From: Christensenellales bacterium | GTDB taxonomy: Bacteria; Bacillota; Clostridia; Christensenellales; SZUA-584 | Length of the DNA stretch: 60,435 nucleotides | Direction: 5' to 3' | Assembly: GCA_050943215.1 (NCBI GenBank) | Contig: JBMNOU010000005.1 | Location: 1 to 60,435 of the forward strand | In this document: piece by piece, positions 49,143 to 59,011 of the stretch | How positions within the stretch are numbered: the stretch's first letter is position 1 | Layout of the letters: each line of letters begins with the position of its first letter | Program-made: the position numbers and the translations under genes | The notes under the pieces: generated by a model | Databases searched by the model: none | Seen by the model: the letters and a program-made list of their open reading frames with translations, nothing else | What the model was told of the DNA's origin: nothing

Positions 49143-49171
49143 TTGCATTTTTATGCATTTTTATGTATAAT
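49143..49171 (+). promoter_or_regulatory. argC promoter overlapped by two ARG-box-like palindromes
   Basis: TTGCAT (49143-48), 17-nt spacer, TATAAT (49166-71). TGCATTTTTATGCA (49144-57) and TGCATTTTTATGTA (49154-67) resemble TGAAT-wwww-ATTCA. Confidence 0.45.
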
Positions 49172-49202
49172 TATAAATATCATTAACCGGAGGACCCTTA
49201 TA

Positions 49203-50234
49203 TTGCCAAAAGTAACCGTGGTTGGGGCGACAGGATATGCCGGCGTAGAGCTGATGCGCATACTGTCTGGCCACAAAAAAACAAAAATCGTCCATGCGGT
49301 ATCAAAAAGCTTTGCGGGTAAGCATCTTGGAGATATTTTTCCCAGTTTTAAAAGCTGTGATTATCAGCTTGAAGAGATGGATGCAGACGCTATATGTACT
49401 GACAGCGATATCGTATTTACATGCCTGCCGCACGGAACATCTGCTAAGGTTATCCCTTTGTTTTTAGAGCGCGGTATGCGTGTAATCGATCTGTCGGGTG
49501 ATTTTCGTTATACTGACGCGTCTGTATACGAAACCTGGTACAAAATGCCGCATACAGCACAGCATCTTCTTAAAGAAAGCGTATATGGTATGCCCGAGAT
49601 TTACCGAGAGCATATCGCTGCATCTAGGCTAATCGGCAACCCTGGCTGTTATACTACCTGTGCTATCCTCGCTCTTTATCCGCTTCTTAAAACCGGGGTT
49701 ATCGAAACGGACGGGATTATCATCGATGCAAAATCGGGTACAAGCGGCGCAGGGCGGAGCGATAATGTAATCTATAGCTTTTGTGAGGTCGATGAAACCG
49801 TAAAAGCGTATGGCATTGCGTCACATAGGCATACATCCGAAATCGAACAGGAACTCTCTTTTGCTGCCGGAAAACCCGTTGCACTGTCATTTACGCCGCA
49901 TCTTCTTCCAATAAAAAGAGGCATTATCTCAACTATATACGCTATACCCAAAAAAGGTGTGGGCAGAAATCAAATTATTGACGCTTATAACATCTTTAAA
50001 GACGAACCTTTTATACAGGTTTATAAAGATACCCTTCCTGAAATCAAAAATGTTGCCGGCAGCAACAACTGTGCAATCGGTTTTGTTCTCGATTCTAGGG
50101 TCAACAAGTTGGTGATAATATCGTGCCTAGATAACCTTATTAAAGGAGCGGCCGGACAGGCCGTACAAAATATGAATATAATGTGCGCTCTTGATGAGCG
50201 AGAAGGACTTAATGGTATTGGATGGTACTTATAA
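49203..50234 (+). CDS. argC: N-acetyl-gamma-glutamyl-phosphate reductase
   Basis: [17 protein letters not shown] motif and active-site [12 protein letters not shown] start 8 nt after GGAGGA; the track ORF (49140) runs through the promoter. Confidence 0.9.
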   Translation: MPKVTVVGATGYAGVELMRILSGHKKTKIVHAVSKSFAGKHLGDIFPSFKSCDYQLEEMDADAICTDSDIVFTCLPHGTSAKVIPLFLERGMRVIDLSGDFRYTDASVYETWYKMPHTAQHLLKESVYGMPEIYREHIAASRLIGNPGCYTTCAILALYPLLKTGVIETDGIIIDAKSGTSGAGRSDNVIYSFCEVDETVKAYGIASHRHTSEIEQELSFAAGKPVALSFTPHLLPIKRGIISTIYAIPKKGVGRNQIIDAYNIFKDEPFIQVYKDTLPEIKNVAGSNNCAIGFVLDSRVNKLVIISCLDNLIKGAAGQAVQNMNIMCALDEREGLNGIGWYL

Positions 50235-51097
50235 TGGACAAATATTATGAAAAAGCAGGAATACTAATAGAAGCTCTGCCATATATCCAGCATTTTTCCG
50301 GAAAAACGGTCGTAATCAAATATGGAGGGGCAGCAATGCTGTCAGACGAACTTTCGGAAAAAATCATGCAGGACATCACGCTATTAAAATACGTTGGTGT
50401 CAACCCTATCGTTGTGCACGGCGGTGGCAACGATATCAACAAGATGCTTAAAAAATTTGATATCTCCTCCGAATTCCATAACGGCCTTCGGATAACAAAC
50501 AAAGCCACTATGGATATCGTGCAGATGGTGCTGATGGGCAAAATCAACAAGGATATCGTATCGCAAATCATCGTTGCAGGCGCGAAAGCAATCGGTCTTT
50601 GCGGCAAGGACGCGTCATTGATACAAGCGGAAAAACTAACGTCCGAAGACGGATATGATTTAGGGCATGTCGGGCGAATAACAGGCATCAATACGAAGCT
50701 ATTAAATTTTTTGGCAAATGACGAATACATCCCGGTGATCGCGCCTATCGGCGTCGGCAAAAACGGTGAAAGCTATAATATTAACGCCGATATCGTGGCC
50801 GGAGAGATCGCAGCGGCTCTGCGTGCGGAAAAGCTAATGTTCCTCACCGATACCGATGGTATTAGACGGATACCTAATGATCCAAATACGCTGATATTTG
50901 AAATTTCAATCGATGAAATCTATCAATATATCAAGAATGGCATCATATCCGGAGGAATGCTTCCCAAGGTAGAAGGCTGCATCAAGGCAATTAGAAGCGG
51001 TGTCAAACGAACGCATATACTAAACGGTACGATCCCGCATCCGATTATCCTTGAGATATTTACGGATACCGGTATCGGAACAATGGTAAGGGAGTAA
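50234..51097 (+). CDS. argB: Acetylglutamate kinase
   Basis: [25 protein letters not shown] and VVHGGG motifs. The ATG overlaps the argC stop (TAATG); an alternative ATG lies at 50222. Confidence 0.9.
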   Translation: MDKYYEKAGILIEALPYIQHFSGKTVVIKYGGAAMLSDELSEKIMQDITLLKYVGVNPIVVHGGGNDINKMLKKFDISSEFHNGLRITNKATMDIVQMVLMGKINKDIVSQIIVAGAKAIGLCGKDASLIQAEKLTSEDGYDLGHVGRITGINTKLLNFLANDEYIPVIAPIGVGKNGESYNINADIVAGEIAAALRAEKLMFLTDTDGIRRIPNDPNTLIFEISIDEIYQYIKNGIISGGMLPKVEGCIKAIRSGVKRTHILNGTIPHPIILEIFTDTGIGTMVRE

Positions 51098-51100
51098 CAT

Positions 51101-52300
51101 ATGAAAGCCGAGGAAATCGCAAAACTGGATGAACAATATTTTATGAGTGTTTTCGGTAAACGTTTGCCTATAAGTTTTGAGAAAGGCGAGGATGTCTATT
51201 TGTTTGATACCGCGGGCAAGAGGTATACGGACTTTTTATCAGGCATTGCCGTCTGTTGCTTTGGGTATTCCGACGATGGCTATAAGCAAACACTTAAGCA
51301 TACAATTGACAATCTGATGCATACGTCAAACCTGTTTTATATCGAGATTCAAGCAAAGCTGGCTGCACTTCTTTGTGAGGCAACAGGTTATGACAACGTG
51401 TTTTTTTCAAACAGCGGCGCAGAAGCTGTTGAAGGCGCTTTGAAACTGGCACGTAAATACCATTACGCGGCCAAAAGTCCGAGGACAGAATTCGTTACTA
51501 TGAAAAATAGCTTTCACGGACGCACGCTCGCAGCGCTGGCAGCAACCGGTCAGGAGAAGTTTCACGAAGCATTTAGGCCTTTGATCCAATCGTTTACATA
51601 TGTTGAACCAAATGACACCAGCGCTCTTCAACAAGCCGTTAGCGAAAGAACTGCCGCAGTGGTCATAGAGCCGATTATCGGCGAGGGCGGCATCATACCT
51701 ATAACACCCGAATACTACGCTGCAGTGCGTACAGCCTGCGACAGATGCGGTGCACTGATGATCGCGGATGAAATTCAGACAGGAATGGGACGTACGGGTG
51801 CGTTTCTTGCTTCACCCGCTCTAGGCGTAAAACCGGATGTGGTCGTACTTGCAAAATCGCTGGGAGGCGGTATGCCGATAGGGGCATTTCTAGCTCATGG
51901 AAAAGCAGCCAACGCGTTAGCTGTGGGCGACCACGGCTCGACTTTTGGCGGCAACCATCTAGCCTGCGCAGCAGCATACTATATAACAAACAAGCTTCTT
52001 CAAACAGACACCCTCCTTTATGTCGCTCAGACGGGCGCATATTTTATAAGACGGCTGCTTGATTTAAAAAAACAGTGCACAGCTGTAGTTGATGTTCGCG
52101 GCAAAGGGTTGATGCTTGGCATAGAGCTTAAGCAGTCGGTATCAGCAAAAGATTTGCAGAAAAGGCTGCTTAGCTTAGGGTTTGTCACCGCTACCGCCGG
52201 GGGGAATGTACTGCGGTTTCTCCCGCCGTATGTGATCCAAAACCGGCATGTCGATAGCCTTATCGATGCGCTTAAATCTATTCTTTTAACCAAGTTTTAA
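51101..52300 (+). CDS. argD: Acetylornithine aminotransferase
   Basis: Class III aminotransferase with SGAEAVEGALKLARKY, DEIQTGMGRTG, and a PLP-Lys region (VLAKSLGGG). Confidence 0.9.
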   Translation: MKAEEIAKLDEQYFMSVFGKRLPISFEKGEDVYLFDTAGKRYTDFLSGIAVCCFGYSDDGYKQTLKHTIDNLMHTSNLFYIEIQAKLAALLCEATGYDNVFFSNSGAEAVEGALKLARKYHYAAKSPRTEFVTMKNSFHGRTLAALAATGQEKFHEAFRPLIQSFTYVEPNDTSALQQAVSERTAAVVIEPIIGEGGIIPITPEYYAAVRTACDRCGALMIADEIQTGMGRTGAFLASPALGVKPDVVVLAKSLGGGMPIGAFLAHGKAANALAVGDHGSTFGGNHLACAAAYYITNKLLQTDTLLYVAQTGAYFIRRLLDLKKQCTAVVDVRGKGLMLGIELKQSVSAKDLQKRLLSLGFVTATAGGNVLRFLPPYVIQNRHVDSLIDALKSILLTKF

Positions 52301-52367
52301 GAGGATACAGTATGTCCAAAGACTTGCGCATACCGCAATTATTGAAAGGAGACCCCGAACCATCGGG

Positions 52368-53336
52368 GTGGATCAAATGGATCTGATATCTTACAAACCA
52401 AAAAAAAGTTTTTCTCAAAAACACCTGCTCCGTCTTTCAGATTATTCCCGGGACGAGATACTGCAGGTACTAAGCCTTGCCTTAAAGCTGAAAAAGCAGA
52501 TGAAAGAAGGACTTATGCCCCCCATATTGGCCAGAAAGATATTGGCGATGATATTTACCAAAAGTTCAACGCGCACAAGAGTATCTTTTGAAGCGGGAAT
52601 CTATCAGCTTGGCGGCATCGCACAATTCCTTAGCAGCAGCGATATTCAGCTTGGCCGTGGAGAGCCGATATCTGATACAGCAAAGGTATTATCTCGCATG
52701 GTTGATGGCATCATGATCCGGACGTTTAAGCAGAGCGATGTGGAAGACCTTGCAAGATACGGCAGTATACCCGTTATCAACGGGCTGACTGACCTGCTTC
52801 ACCCCTGCCAGGTACTTGCCGACCTGATGACATATTATGAGTATAAAGGCAGCTTTAAGGGCAAGCTTGCGTTTATCGGAGACGGTAACAACGTTGCCAA
52901 TTCCCTGCTTGTCGGCTGCGCAAAGCTCGGTCTTGATATCACAGTCGCATGTCCGAAAGGGTGTGAGCCTAATAGCGAAGTGCTATCTTCTGCCCGGGCT
53001 GCTGCGCAAAAAAGCGGCTCGTGCATAGTTATTACAGATAACCCCAAAGAAGCAGTCAGCGATGCAAGCGCCGTATACACGGATGTATGGGCCAGCATGG
53101 GACAGGAAGCAAGCGCTGAAGAAAAATACAAGTATTTTACCGGATATCAGGTGAACACAGAGTTAATGTCACTATGCAAAAAAGACGTGATCTTTTTACA
53201 TTGTCTGCCTGCACACCGAGGTGAAGAGGTAACAGCTGACGTCATAGACGGCCCGCACAGCGTAGTATTTGACGAAGCGGAAAACAGACTTCATGCCCAA
53301 AAAGCCGTTATGGTATTGTTGATGCAGGACAGGTAA
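52368..53336 (+). CDS. argF: Ornithine carbamoyltransferase
   Basis: STRTRVSFE carbamoyl-phosphate motif, plus HPCQ and HCLPAHRGEEV motifs. Confidence 0.9.
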   Translation: MDQMDLISYKPKKSFSQKHLLRLSDYSRDEILQVLSLALKLKKQMKEGLMPPILARKILAMIFTKSSTRTRVSFEAGIYQLGGIAQFLSSSDIQLGRGEPISDTAKVLSRMVDGIMIRTFKQSDVEDLARYGSIPVINGLTDLLHPCQVLADLMTYYEYKGSFKGKLAFIGDGNNVANSLLVGCAKLGLDITVACPKGCEPNSEVLSSARAAAQKSGSCIVITDNPKEAVSDASAVYTDVWASMGQEASAEEKYKYFTGYQVNTELMSLCKKDVIFLHCLPAHRGEEVTADVIDGPHSVVFDEAENRLHAQKAVMVLLMQDR

Positions 53337-53341
53337 TTAAC

Positions 53342-53881
53342 ATGTACAGTATCGTTTTTAAAAAAGCATCCTCGCAGGATGTTAAGGAAATAAGGCGCAT
53401 TACCCGAAAGGCGTTTGAAAACTACGCCAAAGAGATTGGTAAAAAAGATAAGGTTGACGCGCTGCATGAAACGAATGATCAGATACTGCAAGATATTCAG
53501 TACAAACATGTATATCGTTGCGAAGTAGACGGGGAAACGGCGGGAGCCGTCAGATTTGAAGTTCTTGACCAGAGCATTGCCTATCTTTCAAGGCTCGCCG
53601 TCGATCCCGACATACAATCCCTGGGTATCGGCGGACTGCTGTTAGAAAAGGTCCGGCAGGAATGCGTAGCGCTAGGCGTTCGAGCCATAACACTATATAC
53701 TGCGAGCAAGATGCGGTCTGCCGTCGCTTTTTACCTGAAAAACGGATATTATATTCACTCAATCACGCGGGATAAGGAATATATTCGTGCATTCATGGTG
53801 AACGAGCTAACCAACATGGACGAACTTTTCGATTATGAAAGCATTGTACAAAGAGGTAGGCAAACGGCCCCTTTAGTCTAA
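53342..53881 (+). CDS. GNAT family N-acetyltransferase
   Basis: 179 aa with an acetyl-CoA loop (VDPDIQSLGIGGLLLEKV). It lies 5 nt after argF. Confidence 0.7.
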   Translation: MYSIVFKKASSQDVKEIRRITRKAFENYAKEIGKKDKVDALHETNDQILQDIQYKHVYRCEVDGETAGAVRFEVLDQSIAYLSRLAVDPDIQSLGIGGLLLEKVRQECVALGVRAITLYTASKMRSAVAFYLKNGYYIHSITRDKEYIRAFMVNELTNMDELFDYESIVQRGRQTAPLV

Positions 53882-53888
53882 CCGCCGT

Positions 53889-54240
53889 AAAAGATATCCT
53901 GTTGGATGCAGCCGTTTTCGGTATGCTAACAAGGAACGAGACAATCAGCGAAACCGCATATACGGCAGATAGACTACCATATACCGTCCGTAATAACACA
54001 TCATTTGCAAGGCAAGTTCTGGAATTACCGCACCAAGACCGTAACAACAGCCTGCACGTTTATATTCATATCAGACGTCGCCGGATTGAGGTCCGATATA
54101 ATGGAAGTAGATATATATAACGACCAGTGCTTTGCACAATGGAAAACGCAAACAGCGAAACGATAAGAGCCACCAATATTACCGTCTGCGCAGTTTTTTT
54201 GCCAAATTTGTCCGCGAGCATGAATGATCATCAATGTGAA
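53889..54240 (-). pseudogene. Truncated, frameshifted duplicate of the adjacent MFS transporter gene
   Basis: Three frames give LADKFGKKTAQTVILVALIVSLFAFSIVQ, ISTSIISDLNPATSD.NINV and RTVYGSLSAVYAVSLIVSFLVSIPKTAASNRISF. These are collinear with ILADKFGKRIVLTGIFVSLIIALYLFSIIQ, ISISIISDLNQNASDKYINF and RTVYLGLSVVCVVVLLLSFLVRIPRTDITSRISF of 54314..55471. Confidence 0.7.
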
Positions 54241-54313
54241 CCAGTTTAGATTGTTATAACATAAACGGTTGTTCAGCTAGCATATCCCTTAAAGACAAAC
54301 GAAAGGGAGTAAG

Positions 54314-55471
54314 TTAATTTGTCTGTTCAGGTTTTGCGACAAAGCAGTATACAAAGAACAGTAGCACAAACAATAACGCAGGAAGCATCTGTGAGATAAA
54401 TACTCCGAAATTGTCAGCGACCACCCCGATAAGCGCCGGAATAACGGCCATAGAAATTCCGCCAGTGCCTGACAACAGAGCGATAGATGTTCCCGAGTAT
54501 TCCAAATGGCGTTTTCCTCCCTGTCCTAGCATAATGGAGAACTGACCTGAATACGATAACCCCATGAGAACGATGATAATCCATGCGAACGCCTCGCCTG
54601 AAACAAACGCGGAAGCGAATGTCGACAAAGCAGCGCCAACCGCAAGCACACCCACTACGACCCGCGAGCTGACTTTCTTTAAGATAGGCAAAGTAGCGAT
54701 GCGCCCCAGCGTAATCGATAGCCAAAATACCCCAATTGCCAAAGATGATTTTAATACGGGAAAACCAAGGTTGACATTCATATATTCGGACATCCATCCC
54801 CAACCGCTGCACTCGGCTCCGGAATAAAAAAATATACTTAAACACACAAGCATATAACGCCAGTCTTTAACGATTTTTTTGATACCTTTGAAGGATATTC
54901 TGCTTGTTATATCGGTTCTTGGTATTCTTACTAAAAATGATAATAGCAAAACAACAACACATACAACGGAAAGCCCGAGATAAACTGTCCGCCACGGCAC
55001 ATTATTTGACAAGCAGATTCCGGCGATAACCGGGCCGGCCATCGCTCCTAGGCCGTAATACACTCCGTTAAAGTTAATATACTTGTCCGACGCGTTCTGA
55101 TTAAGATCCGATATGATTGAAATCGATATGCTAGAGAGCGGGCCGCAGCTTCCGCCTGCGAAAAACATAACTACAAGTGCCATACTAAAGCTTTGTATTA
55201 TCGAAAATAGATACAATGCAATAATGAGTGATACGAATATACCAGTAAGTACTATTCTTTTCCCAAATTTATCCGCAAGGATACCACATACGATGATCAG
55301 CACCGTAAAACCGGCAAACTCCGCCGTGTACATGAGCCCTGATTGTGAGAGCGTCAAATGGAACTCTTCTGCAAGCTCCGCGAGCATTGGTCCTATAACC
55401 GTCATCAACGCAGCAGCTAAAAATGAAATCAAAAAACATATACTAGTAGAAAGAAAGCGTCTGTTCGGCAT
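54314..55471 (-). CDS. MFS transporter
   Basis: 12-TM layout. The ATG at 55471 is preceded by AAGGAG; the track ORF extends to 55540. Confidence 0.8.
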   Translation of the reverse strand: MPNRRFLSTSICFLISFLAAALMTVIGPMLAELAEEFHLTLSQSGLMYTAEFAGFTVLIIVCGILADKFGKRIVLTGIFVSLIIALYLFSIIQSFSMALVVMFFAGGSCGPLSSISISIISDLNQNASDKYINFNGVYYGLGAMAGPVIAGICLSNNVPWRTVYLGLSVVCVVVLLLSFLVRIPRTDITSRISFKGIKKIVKDWRYMLVCLSIFFYSGAECSGWGWMSEYMNVNLGFPVLKSSLAIGVFWLSITLGRIATLPILKKVSSRVVVGVLAVGAALSTFASAFVSGEAFAWIIIVLMGLSYSGQFSIMLGQGGKRHLEYSGTSIALLSGTGGISMAVIPALIGVVADNFGVFISQMLPALLFVLLFFVYCFVAKPEQTN

Positions 55472-56039
55472 GTCAGTCTCCTTATGTTTGTATTGTGAAG
55501 TATCCTTAAAATAGATAATTACGTTATAATTATTTTGCATGGTGTTATAGCACTCATGATTTATTTTCTATTTAAAAACATTCAGCTATTATCATGCAGC
55601 TTGCCTTTTAAGAAGGCCAGACCCTTGTCTACAAAACCATACCATAATATTGAATAGTATAACATACATTACTGTCAATACGTTAAATAAAATTTCATAT
55701 ATTAGATACTTAAATTAAAACATTCAATATTATACAATACCTACTTCAATCTGGATGCTTTGATTTGACTATCATTTCATGGGTGCTAAAAAAATACGCT
55801 GAAAGGCTGGCAGATATCTAAATTTTTCACTGCGTATTCTTCAAAAATCACCTGGGGATTGCGTATATCGGGTATTGAAAAAGGCACAATAACCTATGCC
55901 ACTTTCGATCGTTCATCCCATTTCCGCCGACAATAACAAATAACTTTCTTTTATTTTGATTAGCTGATAACGAATATCATTTTTGATTCAGTGCATTTGT
56001 CATGAAATCTATTTATCGTATGCAAAACTGCTTGTGTTT

Positions 56040-56505
56040 GGCGATTAGTCTATATTCGTAGAGTAACCATAGCACAATACGCCAGCAGCGTTAATTTTTG
56101 CGTTTTGCCCAATCGTAATAGCCGCTGCGAGATACGCCCAAGCCGCTACACATAGTTTATATGACACACTGCTCCTGCTGGTATATGATGCCGTAGATTG
56201 TTTTTTTATCGACCTTCTTTCTTCCACGGAAAGAAACTCAATTTCCATCTCGAGCTCTCAATACGCTCACATAATCTTTACCTGTCTTTTCATCTCGGGC
56301 AGAGGCCCGCCCGAGATGATTCCCCAATAACAGTCTATTGGCAGTACGTTATAGCCGAATCCAGCTATTCCCTTTCCAGCGGTATGCCGGTTTGCTTCGC
56401 TATAATAATCGGCCTCATATGATAAGCCCCCTTACATGTGTTATTCTGCCATGCGAGGGGAGGCACTATCATAAGTAAACGCCTTCTTTTTATTGCGCGT
56501 CATAT
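56040..56505 (-). mobile_element. IS3-family transposase remnant (orfA / start of orfB, multiply disrupted)
   Basis: Minus-strand frames give MTRNKKKAFTYD, IAKQTGIPLE, LEMEIEFL, an A7 slippery run (56201-56207), and then LGVSRSGYYDWAKRK, the typical start of IS3 OrfB. Stops occur in every frame and no catalytic DDE region follows. Confidence 0.6.
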
Positions 56506-56649
56506 ATTTTTATTGTACTTGGTTATTATCATCCGGCAAATATTACGCTGCCTCAAATTGTTCTAAACGTTTCGTATTCACATAGTGTTTCATCCCTGGC
56601 TATGCCTTCTATGAAAAAGGCGGAGCTACATTCAGAAAAGTGCCTGTAA

Positions 56650-58014
56650 CTAAAATCTTGTATCGTACTGCTTATTCTCCTTAAGGATATCCTCGAGGAT
56701 ATTTTTTGCTACCGTCTCGCTATGTATAAAAGGATCGATGAGCAATGACTGCAACGCTAGGTTTTTATCACCCATAGCACTAGCGTCCGCCGCCATCAGC
56801 GCAATCCTGCCATTTAGCTCGCATATAGCAGCTGCACCCGCTGGCAACTTGCCAACCTTTGTATGGGCTGCATAATCGGGACCGATAACACCACAGGTTT
56901 CCACGATAATATCTGGCGAGAGGTTCTCGATAGTACCACCGTTTACTGTGTTAAACGCTGGGAAATATTTGGGTTCGCCATTGAACATATAACGGCTGAT
57001 CTGTGTGCTCATCCAGCCCGTTCGACGTTGCTTAATGAAGGTCTGGGCTGACTCTCTATCACCTATCTTGGCAGCAATCTGCGCCCATGCATCTTTGTCT
57101 CTGCCACCGAACCAATCTTTGACGGGAAAGGGATAGAGCCCGCATCGCTCTTCGTTGCCTTTGTCCGCGCTCCAGCAATAGTCTGCTACATGGCTATCGG
57201 CCGGCGTAGCAAACAGACCAAAGTTGCGATAGACCTCCGTGCAGTACCTGTAACCCGCGGGAATATCCGACAGTTTGGCTGTGTCGAGTATGCTCCTCAG
57301 TTTAGGATAGAGATCTTCACCCGTGTTGGCATCACGTACATCTAGCAGCCACATCATATGGTTAACGCCTGCCTGGCGAACAGTGACGTTACCTGCCGGA
57401 CACATGAACTCACGTTCCACAGGATCGGCCGATTTCATGCTCTCATCACGGTCGGTCATATCTAATATCTGCTCGAGCGCCATCTGTACCAGCTCGTGGC
57501 CATAGCAATAGCCGACAACCTTAGTCTTACTATGGCGCATGACCGCAGCCTGTATCCTCGCAAGAGGATTGTTATCCAGCACTAACCATGCGTCTGGGCA
57601 TAGTTCCTCCATATCCGCCGCTATATCCAGTGCCAATGGAACATGTCTCATAGCCATAGAAAGACCGGACGGACCGGTCGTGTGGAATTCATATGGGTTA
57701 AGACCGTTCTTCTGGCAGATCTCAAGCTCCCTCGCCCATGCATGCATGTAGTTCACAGCCGCAAACATATATACCACTGAGGCTCCGGGCAGCATATCGC
57801 GTCTCTCACCGCTTCCAATGAACTCGACGTCCCAGCCCATGATCGCGTTAAGCTTCTTGCCAATATTCATTACTTCCTGTAAGCGCTCCGGTTTTCTGTC
57901 CACAAGAGCTATGGTGCACCCTCGGAAATCTTCATATTTGAAGATCTCCTGCAGAAAAAACTCGGTATATTGGCTTCCCGATCCTATCAAAACGATTTTG
58001 TTTTTACTGCTCAT
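56650..58014 (-). CDS. Glycoside hydrolase family 4-like NAD-dependent glycosidase
   Basis: N-terminal Rossmann (KIVLIGSGSQYT) and GH4-like central region (TGPSGLSMAMRHVP...CPDAWLV.DNNP...VVGYCYGH). Last gene of the sugar ABC operon. Confidence 0.65.
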   Translation of the reverse strand: MSSKNKIVLIGSGSQYTEFFLQEIFKYEDFRGCTIALVDRKPERLQEVMNIGKKLNAIMGWDVEFIGSGERRDMLPGASVVYMFAAVNYMHAWARELEICQKNGLNPYEFHTTGPSGLSMAMRHVPLALDIAADMEELCPDAWLVLDNNPLARIQAAVMRHSKTKVVGYCYGHELVQMALEQILDMTDRDESMKSADPVEREFMCPAGNVTVRQAGVNHMMWLLDVRDANTGEDLYPKLRSILDTAKLSDIPAGYRYCTEVYRNFGLFATPADSHVADYCWSADKGNEERCGLYPFPVKDWFGGRDKDAWAQIAAKIGDRESAQTFIKQRRTGWMSTQISRYMFNGEPKYFPAFNTVNGGTIENLSPDIIVETCGVIGPDYAAHTKVGKLPAGAAAICELNGRIALMAADASAMGDKNLALQSLLIDPFIHSETVAKNILEDILKENKQYDTRF

Positions 58015-58026
58015 TTACCTTCTCCT

Positions 58027-59010
58027 TTACTTCTTTCTATTTTTTCTTGCATAATTTATCAATATTGCTACGACAACCACGCCGTATATTATTTTTCTTA
58101 CCGGTTCACCCATCTTAATAGTCATCAGCATAGCCTCAAGTATGGTCAAAAAGATGACGCCCATCACCGCGCCGATATAATCGCCCTTACCGCCCGAGAG
58201 CGATATTCCGCCAACGACTGCCGCTGCGATTGATGGCATGACATATCCCGAGCCGGTCTCTAGATTGTTGGGAGTAGACATATAACCTAAAAGAAACATC
58301 CCTGCCAACCCGCACACCAGACCCGAAACGGCATATACCAAAGCCCGTACCTTTTGCGTGTTGACACCCGAGAGTTCCGCTGTCATCCTGTTTGCACCCA
58401 CGCCGTACAGCATGCGTCCAAGATTAGTGCGCTTGGTCAATATCATCACAATAACGATTGTAAGAACCCATACCCAGATCATATTCGGCAAATAAAGTAT
58501 CTCACCGTAGACAAATCTTGAGAGTGATGGCGGCGCCATGCCAGTAGGAAAGCCGCCCGTAAAGATGAGCATTACCCCAATAATAACACTGCTCATCGAA
58601 AGGGTCATAATGAGTGGGGGTATTTTAAGTACCGCGACCCCTATACCGTTTATAAGTCCAAATACCGCGCAAATTAAAAGAGATAGTATCGACGCATACC
58701 AGAAATTATCGCTATTATACGCGCAAAGCTGTGCAATGAATATCATCGAGAACTGGAGTATCGAACCGACAGAGAGATCTATTCCCCCGCTGTCCACAAC
58801 CATAACCACCATCTGCGCTAACGTAATTATACCGAGGAAAGCCGCAATCATCAGCAGATTCAATATATTTGACGGTGCAGCAAAACCCGGGGATATGATC
58901 TGCCCTATTAATAGCAGCAATACAGACATTATAACCGCCATAAAAGTATTGGACCGCATTATCTTTTTGAATGTTGCATTCTTTGCCGTTGCATTCATAT
59001 CTGCCACCAC
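58027..59010 (-). CDS. Sugar ABC transporter permease (RbsC/BPD_transp_2 type)
   Basis: About 10 TM helices with conserved SLSGGKGDYIGAVMG near the C-terminus. Confidence 0.85.
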   Translation of the reverse strand: MVADMNATAKNATFKKIMRSNTFMAVIMSVLLLLIGQIISPGFAAPSNILNLLMIAAFLGIITLAQMVVMVVDSGGIDLSVGSILQFSMIFIAQLCAYNSDNFWYASILSLLICAVFGLINGIGVAVLKIPPLIMTLSMSSVIIGVMLIFTGGFPTGMAPPSLSRFVYGEILYLPNMIWVWVLTIVIVMILTKRTNLGRMLYGVGANRMTAELSGVNTQKVRALVYAVSGLVCGLAGMFLLGYMSTPNNLETGSGYVMPSIAAAVVGGISLSGGKGDYIGAVMGVIFLTILEAMLMTIKMGEPVRKIIYGVVVVAILINYARKNRKK

Positions 59011-59011
59011 C

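Noticed and set aside
49144-49171. The tandem ATGCATTTTT repeats, considered as a possible CRISPR or microsatellite.
   Set aside because: There are only about three 10-bp units, with no spacers, and they exactly overlap promoter hexamers. An operator is a better explanation. No CRISPR-like repeat-spacer array was seen anywhere in the window.
55644-55733. A 12-nt inverted repeat, ATAATATTGAAT (55644-55655) and ATTCAATATTAT (55722-55733), considered as possible IS terminal repeats.
   Set aside because: The repeat is short, fully A+T and in very A+T-rich DNA, and the arms do not extend. No transposase lies between them, so a chance match is likely.
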